From the NCBI GenBank assembly GCA_044892525.1, contig CM097885.1:44952001-45016000 (forward strand): a DNA stretch of 64,000 bases, read 5' to 3'. Both the position numbers and the translations under genes were made by a program. Positions 54,957-64,000 of the stretch are shown here, in pieces (within the stretch, counting starts at the first letter, position 1; each line of letters begins with the position of its first letter). The DNA comes from Schmidtea polychroa. Taxonomy: Eukaryota. The notes under the pieces are model-generated. The model did not search any database and was not told where the DNA came from. It saw only the letters and a list, made by a program, of their open reading frames with translations.

Positions 54957-55116
54957 TGGTCTTAAGGATTTAATGTTATAAGGATTTAATGTTATAAGAA
55001 TATCAGATTACCTAATTCATAATGATCTAGGTCGCCTGATCACTTTTAGATTTAAAAAAAATAAAAATTAATATCAAAACCAAAACATCGTATCCAACCA
55101 AAAGATTCTTTTAAAA

Positions 55117-58100
55117 ATGGAAGCTATTTTCAATTGTGAAATTTGTGAAAAAAATTTTAAAAATAAAACTGCTTTAACATCTCATAAAAAATCAAAAGAC
55201 CATTTAATAAAAGCTAACACACTAGATGACACTAATTCCAAAATCTGTACTAAATGTAAGGATAGATATTTATTTTCAGGTTATAAGAAGCATTTTAAAA
55301 ATTGTATTGGAGTTCCTAAAAACAGAGAAATATTCGAATGTTCAGCATGTGGAAAAACGATGAGGATAAAATCTTTTTACTTAAGACACATAGAAGATTG
55401 TGGTCTTGAAGCAAAAGATTCTGATTCAAACTCAATGACTGAAAAAGCTGAAAAACTAGAGTTTAATTGGGATGACTTCAATCACACCGATGTAATTGCA
55501 GAAGTAAAACGAGGACCCAGATCAATCATGCAATATATAAGAGAAAATAAAAAAAAAATAATATCATCAATGGATGATGCTATAAAAAAATTTGGTAGAT
55601 CAAGATTTAATGTTATAAAAGTTAAATTTACAGGAAATGCAAAATACTGGAGAGGAGATGATTCGATCGCAATGCCTCTAGATGTAAAAATTGAAACCTC
55701 ATATAAATATTTATTTTCTACAAAAGCAGGAAATAAACTTGTTAATGATATAGCTAAAGAATTGGAAGAAAAACAAGAACAGGTGGAACAAGAACTAGGA
55801 GAATCTAATTTAAGATTCCACTCTTTTCAAAATATAGAGATTGAATACTGGAGAGGCGCACCACCAAATCCTAAATCTTTTATTCACACACCATTCACCT
55901 CCAACCATGTTATAAATGTACAGAATAAAGATAATAAATGTTTTCAATGGTCAATACTTGCACACTTACATCCTCAAGCAACTAACCCACAGAGAGTTCA
56001 AAAATATGAAGAATATGAATCTGAATTAATTTATCCAAAAGATTTTTCCCACCCAATGAAAATTGAAGATGTTCCAGCATTTGAAAAATTAAATAATCTT
56101 AAAATTAATATTTATCAATTCATTCCAACCAAAATTACAAAAACTAGAAAAAATAAAAATTATAAACACATTATTCCTATTTACATTTCTAACATGGAAA
56201 TCTCAGATGAAAAGAGAGAAGTAGATCTTTTAATATTAGAAGAAGGTAAACCAGATGAAGACTTTGATGGAGAAGAATATGGTGAAGAGGTTCAAAGCGT
56301 TCACCCGAGGAGAGAAGCAGAAGAAGGCATTTCATTAGAACCAGAAGCAGAAAGCACTGCGTCCGGAGGCACTATGTTAGATAAAAAACTTCATTATATC
56401 TTAATAAAGAATTTTCAAAGTTTTATGAAAGGAAACACACTCATTCGTGGAGGCATATGTTGTAAAAGATGTTTATATCATTCAAGTTCAAAACTTGCTG
56501 CTATTAAACATGAGAGACTCTGTTGTAAGAATCAACCTGCTTTAATAAAAATGCCACACAAGAAAAATGCTAATATGAGGTTTAAAAACTATTCCAATCT
56601 ATTAGAAGCATTGGGAGTGGTTTATTGTGATTTTGAAGCTATAAATGTAAAACTAAGACGAACAAAAACTAATACTGTAAAACTAACAAAACAATTACCC
56701 TCTGCTTATAAAATGTTTTTTAAAAGTAATTATCCAGAACTTGTAGAATCTAGAGAATATTCATTTAGAGGAACTTCTGACAAAGAGACTCTAGATCATT
56801 TTGTTAAAACTTTAAATAATCTAGAACATGAATTATATATAATATTAAAATCCAACTTTCCTATGAATTTTTCAGAAGAACAAGAGGAAGAATATAAAAA
56901 TGCAACACACTGCTGGATGTGTAAACAAGAGTTTGATATTCAGGAGGAGGAGGATGAGGAGCCAAAGGTTGCAGACCATGATCATTTTAAAAGAGAAAAT
57001 AATTACAGAGGAGCAGCCCATAAAAAATGTAATCTCAATTGTAAAAAACCAACACACATACCATTTATATTTCACAATCTTTTTGGCTATGATATTCACC
57101 TATTCATTAAGCATCTGGCCGCAAATGCTAAAAACTCTTTCAAGGTTATTGGACTTACAAAAGAAAAATATAAAAGCATTCAATATGGATGCTTTAAGTT
57201 TTTGGACTCGTTAAATTTCTTAGGGATGTCTTTGGATGGGATTGCTAAAACTATGAACCCTGAGGATTTTAAATATACAAAAGAACATGTGTTATTAAAA
57301 AACAATATTCCATTAGAGGAATATAATACCTGTCTAGCAAAAGGAATCTATCCATATGATTATATAGACTCCTTTGAAAAATATAATGAATTACTCCCAC
57401 CCCAAGAAGATTTCTTTTCTGTTTTAACACAATCAGGGATTTCTGATCAGGAATATTCCCGTGCAGTTAAAATGTGGAATCTATTCAACTGTAGAAACCT
57501 TGGAGAATATACTGACATGTATCTTTCCTTGGATGTTTATATCTTAGCTGATTGCTTCGAGACATTTTCAAAAGCTTTTGAATTAAAACCTTATAATTAT
57601 ATAACCGCTCCCTCTCTAGCTTGGGATATATTATTATATACCATATGGACTGATGAAGATGTAGCAGTAAGAAATAAAACTATTGAATTATTAGTTGAGC
57701 TTGATATGTTTAATGTATATAAACATAATATTAGAGGAGGTATTTCTTCAGTACAAGGGAATAGAGAAATAAATGCTAATAATTTTACAACTCTTTATCC
57801 TAAATTTTTCAAAGATCCTAATGCTCTATATGTAGAAATAACAAACCCAGAAGATCGTAAGGAAATAATGGAAGGTCTTTCTAATCCTTCTGAAATAATG
57901 TATATAGATGCAACAGCTTTATATGCGGGAGTAATGACTCAATACCTTCCAATTGGCAAGTTCACCTGGAAAGAACCCACTGAGGAATTAATACAAGAAA
58001 TTCTAAAAACACCAAAAGATTCTCAATTTGGATATGTCATAGAATGCGATCTTGAATATCCCAATGAAATAAAATCCAGAACTAGATATTTTCCATTTGC

Positions 58101-59502
58101 TCCTGTAAGAAGAAAGATCTCTCCTGAAGAACTATCAGATTGGCAGATGGCCCAGGATAGATCGCCCTGTATAAAACTTTTATGCGATCAGACCGATAAA
58201 ACTGATTACCTTTGTCATTATAGACTCCTTCAGTTTTATCTCTCCCATGGAATGGTTTTAAAAAAAGTACATTCCATTATTAAATTTCGACAAGCCCCTT
58301 TTATGAAAAAATTCATAGAGGGAAATATTTTGAAAAGAAATGCAGCAAAGAGAGCTGGAAATGCATTTCTTGATATGATTTACAAACTCCTGAACAATGC
58401 GGTCTTTGGAAAGACCATGGAGAATATAGACAAGTACACACGTGTAGAGCTTTTGACCAATACATCAAAAGATCTTAATAGGTACAACCGGATAATTGGA
58501 AAGCCCACATTTAAAAATGCCGAGATATTCTCTAGTAACCTTATAGCCATAGAGATTAAAAACTCTGTAAAAACTTATAATAAACCAATCTTTATAGGGT
58601 TTTCAATTTTAGAACTTTCAAAGCTTCAAATGTATGAAGCCTACTATGATGTTCTAGTACCACATTTTGGAGATCGAATATCCATGCATGCTATGGACAC
58701 TGATAGTATGTTTTTAAAAGGTCATAGTAAAGATTTAAAAAAGGAAATAAGTGAAAACGAAACCTTAAATAAATTAATAAACAACTCTGGAGAATTATTT
58801 ACTTTTAAAGATGAAAAACCAAATACTCTAATAAGTGGAGGAGTGTTTATTAGACCTAAACAATATTCTCTTGAAATGAAAGACAAACCAATTATGAAAG
58901 AGCATACAATAAAATTTATAATAGAAGGATCTGTTGAAATAGATCACACATTTGAATATCCTTCATTCCCTGAAAACCCGAAAAGCTATAAAGAAAATAA
59001 AAGTAAAGGAATTCAAAAATCAGTGTCAAAAACCTTCACACATCAAGAGTATAAAGATTCATTAAATATAAATTATAAAAATAAAATTGCTAAAACCCAT
59101 CATCTTAAATCAGAGAAACATAATATATATCTTGAAGAGTGTAACAAGATTGCTATAACAAATTATGATGATAAAAGATTTATACTTTCTGACTTGAAGA
59201 CAACATTACCTATTGGAAATGATTTAATCCCTATAATAAAAAATCTTGATAAAATAAATGAAATTTATAACCTAGAGATTACAGACCTTCAACTTGCTAA
59301 AGTAGAAATCCAATATCCTGAAATATTAATTCCTAAACCTTTATATAATCAAGTTCAAAATATAAAACCTATAGAACTTAAATATTTTAATACTGATCCT
59401 GAATATATCCAAGGACTAACACCAGAAGACTTTAAATCACATAAATTAATGTTAAAAAGCATTACTGCAGAAATAATTATAAATCAATTACGACTGGTCT
59501 AA
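55117..59502 (+). CDS. polB: Protein-primed family B DNA polymerase with N-terminal zinc fingers
   Basis: VVYCDFE, HNLFGYD, FLDSLNFL, KGIYPYDY, YIDATALY, KLLNNAVFGK, MDTDS; CWMC...DHDH...AHKKCN zinc insert; C2H2 finger at the N-terminus. Confidence 0.97.
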   Translation: MEAIFNCEICEKNFKNKTALTSHKKSKDHLIKANTLDDTNSKICTKCKDRYLFSGYKKHFKNCIGVPKNREIFECSACGKTMRIKSFYLRHIEDCGLEAKDSDSNSMTEKAEKLEFNWDDFNHTDVIAEVKRGPRSIMQYIRENKKKIISSMDDAIKKFGRSRFNVIKVKFTGNAKYWRGDDSIAMPLDVKIETSYKYLFSTKAGNKLVNDIAKELEEKQEQVEQELGESNLRFHSFQNIEIEYWRGAPPNPKSFIHTPFTSNHVINVQNKDNKCFQWSILAHLHPQATNPQRVQKYEEYESELIYPKDFSHPMKIEDVPAFEKLNNLKINIYQFIPTKITKTRKNKNYKHIIPIYISNMEISDEKREVDLLILEEGKPDEDFDGEEYGEEVQSVHPRREAEEGISLEPEAESTASGGTMLDKKLHYILIKNFQSFMKGNTLIRGGICCKRCLYHSSSKLAAIKHERLCCKNQPALIKMPHKKNANMRFKNYSNLLEALGVVYCDFEAINVKLRRTKTNTVKLTKQLPSAYKMFFKSNYPELVESREYSFRGTSDKETLDHFVKTLNNLEHELYIILKSNFPMNFSEEQEEEYKNATHCWMCKQEFDIQEEEDEEPKVADHDHFKRENNYRGAAHKKCNLNCKKPTHIPFIFHNLFGYDIHLFIKHLAANAKNSFKVIGLTKEKYKSIQYGCFKFLDSLNFLGMSLDGIAKTMNPEDFKYTKEHVLLKNNIPLEEYNTCLAKGIYPYDYIDSFEKYNELLPPQEDFFSVLTQSGISDQEYSRAVKMWNLFNCRNLGEYTDMYLSLDVYILADCFETFSKAFELKPYNYITAPSLAWDILLYTIWTDEDVAVRNKTIELLVELDMFNVYKHNIRGGISSVQGNREINANNFTTLYPKFFKDPNALYVEITNPEDRKEIMEGLSNPSEIMYIDATALYAGVMTQYLPIGKFTWKEPTEELIQEILKTPKDSQFGYVIECDLEYPNEIKSRTRYFPFAPVRRKISPEELSDWQMAQDRSPCIKLLCDQTDKTDYLCHYRLLQFYLSHGMVLKKVHSIIKFRQAPFMKKFIEGNILKRNAAKRAGNAFLDMIYKLLNNAVFGKTMENIDKYTRVELLTNTSKDLNRYNRIIGKPTFKNAEIFSSNLIAIEIKNSVKTYNKPIFIGFSILELSKLQMYEAYYDVLVPHFGDRISMHAMDTDSMFLKGHSKDLKKEISENETLNKLINNSGELFTFKDEKPNTLISGGVFIRPKQYSLEMKDKPIMKEHTIKFIIEGSVEIDHTFEYPSFPENPKSYKENKSKGIQKSVSKTFTHQEYKDSLNINYKNKIAKTHHLKSEKHNIYLEECNKIAITNYDDKRFILSDLKTTLPIGNDLIPIIKNLDKINEIYNLEITDLQLAKVEIQYPEILIPKPLYNQVQNIKPIELKYFNTDPEYIQGLTPEDFKSHKLMLKSITAEIIINQLRLV

Positions 59503-59526
59503 GAATTAGAATTTTAACACTATAAA

Positions 59527-60081
59527 ATGATGGAAACTAAAAATCAAGAAAATAACATTTTTGAAATTATAAAAAATATTACTGATTTAAAGGATAACAG
59601 ATGTAAAGGAATACAGAGAGTGGTTGCAAAGAATCTTTCTCATCAAGATTATATAGATACATTGAATCCAAATCATAAAGATAAAATTGATGAAATACAT
59701 CAACTTAAAAGTGAAAACCATGATATTCACTTGATAGAATCTCAAAAAGTATCATTATCAAATTATGATGATAAGAGATTCATACTAAGTGATTTAAAGA
59801 CAACTCTACCTATTGGAAATAATTTAATCCCTATAATAAAAAATCTAGAAAAGTTGAATAAGTTATATGATACAAAGATTACTGATCTTGATATTTATAA
59901 TGTTGAAATTATTTATCCCGAGAGAGAAATCGAGAAACCTTTATGTTCTCAAGTTTTTAATCCTATATGTTTAGAACTTAAATATTTTAATACTGATCCT
60001 GAATATATAAAAGGTCTAAGTGATAAAGAATTTAAAGATCATAAATTAATGATTCATAGGTTGGCTTTCAACGATATTTAA
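59527..60081 (+). CDS. Stand-alone paralog of the pPolB C-terminal region
   Basis: KGIQ...HQDY...LKSENH...NYDDKRFILSDLKTTLPIGN...ELKYFNTDPEYI mirrors PolB residues at 58995-59460. Confidence 0.85.
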   Translation: MMETKNQENNIFEIIKNITDLKDNRCKGIQRVVAKNLSHQDYIDTLNPNHKDKIDEIHQLKSENHDIHLIESQKVSLSNYDDKRFILSDLKTTLPIGNNLIPIIKNLEKLNKLYDTKITDLDIYNVEIIYPEREIEKPLCSQVFNPICLELKYFNTDPEYIKGLSDKEFKDHKLMIHRLAFNDI

Positions 60082-60159
60082 TTTTTTAATAATAAAATGT
60101 CGACAATTAATTTAAGCAACTATAGCAACTTGATCTACTTTTTTAAAAATTCATCCATT

Positions 60160-60747
60160 TTATAAGTAAGAATTCTTTAACCACTTGTCTCGTTTAATTT
60201 TTTTAGAATATTCATTAGTTATAATATTTGCACTTTTTAATTTTATAATTTCATTTTTAATATCTTGTATTATTTGATTTGATTTCATTATTTCTTCGTC
60301 TGTCAGGATTCCATCTTCCAAAGCTTTTAATTGAAATAAAAATAATTTAGAGATTCCTAATTCTATTGATAAACAAACTTCTCTATATAAACTTTTCTTT
60401 TTAGAAGTATAAGATAATGAAACTATTTCAGTTAAGAAACCATCAGCCACAGAAATACTTCCAAGTATTACAGGTGCAAGAGTAACAACTGGTAAAGTTA
60501 TGGGTAAAATAACTGTTAATATTGCAGATGCAAATCCTAAAGAATAACCTATAACTTTTAAAACTGTATTCCCTTTATTCCATCTATTTTTAATTTTTTT
60601 ATAATGCTTTAATAAATCTTGTAAATGTAAGGTTTCTGATTTAAATTCTTTTACTCTCATAATTTCAAGTTCTGTGGGAGCGGAAGGAAGGGGTCTGACC
60701 TCCGGATAAATTTTTTTTACTTCTTCCATCTTTTGAACCTCATCCAT
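60160..60747 (-). CDS. Polinton membrane protein (coiled coil plus hydrophobic hairpin; possibly 'GasderminX'-type)
   Basis: Basic helix LKHYKKIKNRW followed by ~45 hydrophobic residues; located in the virion gene block. Confidence 0.55.
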   Translation of the reverse strand: MDEVQKMEEVKKIYPEVRPLPSAPTELEIMRVKEFKSETLHLQDLLKHYKKIKNRWNKGNTVLKVIGYSLGFASAILTVILPITLPVVTLAPVILGSISVADGFLTEIVSLSYTSKKKSLYREVCLSIELGISKLFLFQLKALEDGILTDEEIMKSNQIIQDIKNEIIKLKSANIITNEYSKKIKRDKWLKNSYL

Positions 60748-60794
60748 TTTAATAAAACTAAAATAAGAATTTAACTAATAAGAATAATTAAAAC

Positions 60795-61802
60795 CTAAAC
60801 TCTCAACAAAACTTTATCAGCTACCAACACCCGTATATCATAGAAAAATCTTGTTGTGAGCTCATCTTTATACAACTCGAATAATGCTTTACGAACTTCA
60901 TCAACATCAACCTTTTTTTCATAAAATATTAAATCTATATAATGCACAAGTGTGCTTTTAAAATCAATAGTTTTACTTCTAACTTTGTGTGCTTTACCTG
61001 TTTGAGTATTATCATGCCAAAACCCTCGTGTTAAATCATAACTAGTCATTATAACATCACCTTTTTCAAACTTACTATTATAATCACATTTCACAAACCA
61101 TTTCATTGTTTCACCATCATCATTAAATAAAAAGAAATATGGATCAATAATCTTTACAATCATGTAACAAGACCATTCTTTACTGTTTGTTGTTATTAAA
61201 ATTGGTTCTATAAAATGTTTATATGTATTTGCTAATAATGTTTTATTCTGTTCTAATTCAGCAGCTCTTTTTCTAATGGTGTGTATGCTGTTAATGTGTG
61301 TTGTATGAGATTCTAATTTTACAAGTCTTGCATTAAATGATGTAATCATCTCATTTATTATATTATATATTGCATTAAATTTATTATCCATAAGTTGTTT
61401 ATCCATAATTTGTTTATCCATAAGTTGTTTATCCATAAGTTGTTTATCCATAATTTGTTTATCCATAAGTTGTTTATCTTTAGAGATTAACAGACTTTGT
61501 AACTTGTCAAATTTATCATTAAATCGTTGTTCGATATTATTAAGCTTTGATTCCATTTTTGTTGTTAATGAACTTTCAATTCTTGTTGTTGTTAAATCAA
61601 CATATTTCTTATTAACTGCATCAGCTTCATCAGTTGGAAAAGATAATTCTTTTATCTTGTGTCCATTTAAAATTAAATCACCCTTCATTGAATCACCTCT
61701 TTCATTAATATATTTATTTTCTGTTAAAGTTAATATTTCTTCTGTATTAAACCCTGTTTTTATTGTTCCACCACCTCTATTACATGGAATATAAGAACTC
61801 AT
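60795..61802 (-). CDS. Putative fiber/spike protein
   Basis: GDSMKGDLILNGHKIKELSFPTDEADAVNKKYVD fiber-type motif, coiled coil, (DKQL/IM)x6 repeat; adjacent to the penton. Confidence 0.65.
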   Translation of the reverse strand: MSSYIPCNRGGGTIKTGFNTEEILTLTENKYINERGDSMKGDLILNGHKIKELSFPTDEADAVNKKYVDLTTTRIESSLTTKMESKLNNIEQRFNDKFDKLQSLLISKDKQLMDKQIMDKQLMDKQLMDKQIMDKQLMDNKFNAIYNIINEMITSFNARLVKLESHTTHINSIHTIRKRAAELEQNKTLLANTYKHFIEPILITTNSKEWSCYMIVKIIDPYFFLFNDDGETMKWFVKCDYNSKFEKGDVIMTSYDLTRGFWHDNTQTGKAHKVRSKTIDFKSTLVHYIDLIFYEKKVDVDEVRKALFELYKDELTTRFFYDIRVLVADKVLLRV

Positions 61803-61828
61803 TTATTAATAATTTAAAATGGACTTCG

Positions 61829-62593
61829 TTAAACCTGTTTCAAATGTAAATACATTGAAATCTCTTCTCCATTAAAATCAATCAATTCTCCTTCTTGATT
61901 AAGAATTTTAAAATTAATATCCATTATATATTTTCTACATAAAGGTAAATAATTTGGAGGATTCATTCTTTCAACTATTTTATATCCCATAGGAACTGTG
62001 TTTGAGGGAAAGGAATATAAAACATTTGTTTGTTTACCATTATTATAAGAACCTGTTATACAATCGCAATGAATATTTATTGTGTTTGTATTTATTATTT
62101 TTATAATATGTTCTGATGTTATTATTTTATCTTCTTTTATTGTTATATCCATAGGTTTAAATCCTAAAACTGTGTGAAAGAAACAATTATCTAAAAAACT
62201 AATTTTTATATTCTTCAAAGTCATTACACATTTTGAAGTTGGTATATCCATTTTAATTTTAATACCTTCATTTGTTTTTTTAGAAAGTATATCATTTAAA
62301 TCTTTTATCTCATATGCCCCAGGTTCTATTGTTATAATTTCTGGTTTATGCCCATCACGAGTTTGAATAGTAAATTTATTATTATCTTTAGTTATATTAA
62401 AAATAGTATTATAAGCACAAAACCATAATAGCCCCAATTCATAATTTAAATTTTGATCTAATTTAATTGAATCTTGAAAGTTTATAGTAAAGTCTGATTC
62501 TTTTGAATTTATAGATAAAGTTCTTGAATATTTATCTGACATTATGTTTACCATTTTTTTTAAATTATCTTCCGGAGGGTTGTGAAGCTCCAT
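61829..62593 (-). CDS. Minor capsid protein (penton)
   Basis: YNTIFNI...NNKF, IEPGAYEIKDL, IHCDCITGSYNNG...LYSF...GYKIVE...YLPL...LIDFNGE. Confidence 0.88.
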   Translation of the reverse strand: MELHNPPEDNLKKMVNIMSDKYSRTLSINSKESDFTINFQDSIKLDQNLNYELGLLWFCAYNTIFNITKDNNKFTIQTRDGHKPEIITIEPGAYEIKDLNDILSKKTNEGIKIKMDIPTSKCVMTLKNIKISFLDNCFFHTVLGFKPMDITIKEDKIITSEHIIKIINTNTINIHCDCITGSYNNGKQTNVLYSFPSNTVPMGYKIVERMNPPNYLPLCRKYIMDINFKILNQEGELIDFNGEEISMYLHLKQV

Positions 62594-62641
62594 TTCTTTA
62601 GTAGTAAATTCATATAGTAAAAATTCTTATAGTAAAAATCC

Positions 62642-63109
62642 TTATAGTAGAGATTCTAGATCATTATAAATTTCTTGAATTATAGATTCAAAATCCTGCG
62701 TATGCCCCATATTCAATCTATACAAAACATATAAACTTAAAATACCACATATTTTAGTATTCAAAGGTTGAACTTGTAAAGAGTTAAAAGTATAACCATT
62801 TGGGGAATCAATCGGAGAACCCCTCAAGAGATAATCTTCAACTTCTTTAGTAGGTTTAATCCCAAAAGAATCAAAGTAGATAGATTTCTTATATATACAA
62901 ACCCAATGAGATCCTTTTTCATTTGAATTTTGATAATTGATTATTATATTCAGGGGACTCTCCAGACTTGATAATTCATCATTCATTAATATTTTAATTT
63001 TTAAATTTAAATAATTTGCATAATCTTTTAAATCAAAATTTGTTTTTGCATTTATTCCAAATGTTTTTAAAAAATCTAATATAGAGGGGTATTCGATTGA
63101 AGGAGTCAT
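62642..63109 (-). CDS. Adenain-like cysteine maturation protease
   Basis: GSHWVC (His), YFDSFG (Asp), Q...ICG (Gln/Cys). Confidence 0.93.
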   Translation of the reverse strand: MTPSIEYPSILDFLKTFGINAKTNFDLKDYANYLNLKIKILMNDELSSLESPLNIIINYQNSNEKGSHWVCIYKKSIYFDSFGIKPTKEVEDYLLRGSPIDSPNGYTFNSLQVQPLNTKICGILSLYVLYRLNMGHTQDFESIIQEIYNDLESLL

Positions 63110-63131
63110 TTTGTATTTTATAACTTCGTAT

Positions 63132-64000
63132 TTATAACTTCGTATACTTATTAAATTTATCTTTTGAAATTATTCCTTGTTTTAACAAATCTTTAGAAAT
63201 CTTTAAAATATCAGAATCTAAATTATTATGTCCTGCTTTCCTTGCAGCTAATAGTTTTCTTAATTCAATAAAAAGATTGATGGGATTTCCTTCACTAATT
63301 AATCCCTCTCCCTCTGTAACAACATAACCCTTTTCATTTTTATCTAAATAATTCTTTAAATCTTGAATATATTTTGCTTTAGAACTAGCTCTTATTAATC
63401 TTATTAAATTTAAATATTTTTTAATTTCTTCAAGATCATCTGAAGAATATCCACAAAGTAATTTATAAAAATCATCTGTAAATTCAAAGTCTAAATATTC
63501 ATTATTATAAACATTTTGTGAATGAATACGTGATTTATTTTCTGAATTTGAATATAAAGTAAAGTTTTGTTTATTAATTGTTATTATTTGATATCCTTCA
63601 GTATTAGTATTAAATGTGGGTCTAATTGAAGGAGGTAAATCATCTCTAATTTTAGGATCAACTTTAAGAGGTTTTGTTTTTAAAAACATTTCTTCTTCTT
63701 CTTCCGCATTAGAAATTCTTCTGCGTTTTCTTTGATTTCTTTCAGGATGACTTTCACTGGATTCTTCCTTCCACTCTAGTTTTTTTATTTTTTGTTCATG
63801 GGGACTTCCTCCATCTTCTAACTCTTTAAATTTTGCTTGCTCATTTAATCCTTTTATAGCTTTAATTGTTGGCCCCTGTTGTTGTGTTATTACCTCATTT
63901 AATATTATAGATTCAGCATGTTGACTTGTATCTTTTTTATTATATTTATCTTGTTCTGATTGTAATTTTTTTAAAAGTGCTAATCTTTCTTCATATACCA
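63132..64000 (-). CDS. Conserved Polinton protein (5' end outside window)
   Basis: Frame appears open to the window end; NLS-like RKRRR; EGEGL adenain-type site; C-terminal LRKLLAARKAGHNN...LLKQGII motif. Confidence 0.7.
   Translation of the reverse strand, partial: VYEERLALLKKLQSEQDKYNKKDTSQHAESIILNEVITQQQGPTIKAIKGLNEQAKFKELEDGGSPHEQKIKKLEWKEESSESHPERNQRKRRRISNAEEEEEMFLKTKPLKVDPKIRDDLPPSIRPTFNTNTEGYQIITINKQNFTLYSNSENKSRIHSQNVYNNEYLDFEFTDDFYKLLCGYSSDDLEEIKKYLNLIRLIRASSKAKYIQDLKNYLDKNEKGYVVTEGEGLISEGNPINLFIELRKLLAARKAGHNNLDSDILKISKDLLKQGIISKDKFNKYTKL

Larger units (their letters stand above)
54711..64000. mobile_element. Polinton/Maverick (adintovirus-like) endogenous virus, left part, ORFs intact
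   Basis: Begins AGTAGT exactly where the gypsy ORF is cut; encodes pPolB, penton, adenain and a fiber-like protein. Confidence 0.95.

Overview
Very AT-rich eukaryotic genomic DNA with long (AAT)n and (AT)n microsatellites. It resembles a planarian/flatworm genome, but that assignment is inference only. The window is almost entirely nested mobile elements and I can support no intact host gene. Left: a frameshifted Ty3/gypsy LTR element (to 3991) sits against a decayed Polinton/Maverick (packaging ATPases, capsid remnant). Middle: hAT elements and MITEs, a TGT..ACA integrase transposon with a ~15-bp flanking duplication, Penelope-type GIY-YIG relics, hammerhead ribozymes, and a proteasome alpha-1 (PSMA6) fragment next to an LTR-like start. 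Right, the highlight: a large minus-strand Ty3/gypsy element (44268-54710). Its one reading frame, broken here by 3 stops and 1 frameshift, runs AT-hook / Bcl-2-like domain (BH3, BH1, BH2) / internal signal peptide / chuvirus-like glycoprotein with TM / protease / RT / RNase H / integrase / second signal-like segment / FN3-like ectodomain / TM. A separate downstream ORF carries a degenerate REX4/ISG20-like exonuclease. This element is cut at 54710 by an apparently intact Polinton/adintovirus (AGTAGT terminus, pPolB, a duplicated PolB C-terminus ORF, membrane protein, fiber, penton, adenain) that runs off the window. All domain calls come from motif recognition by eye, without database searches.
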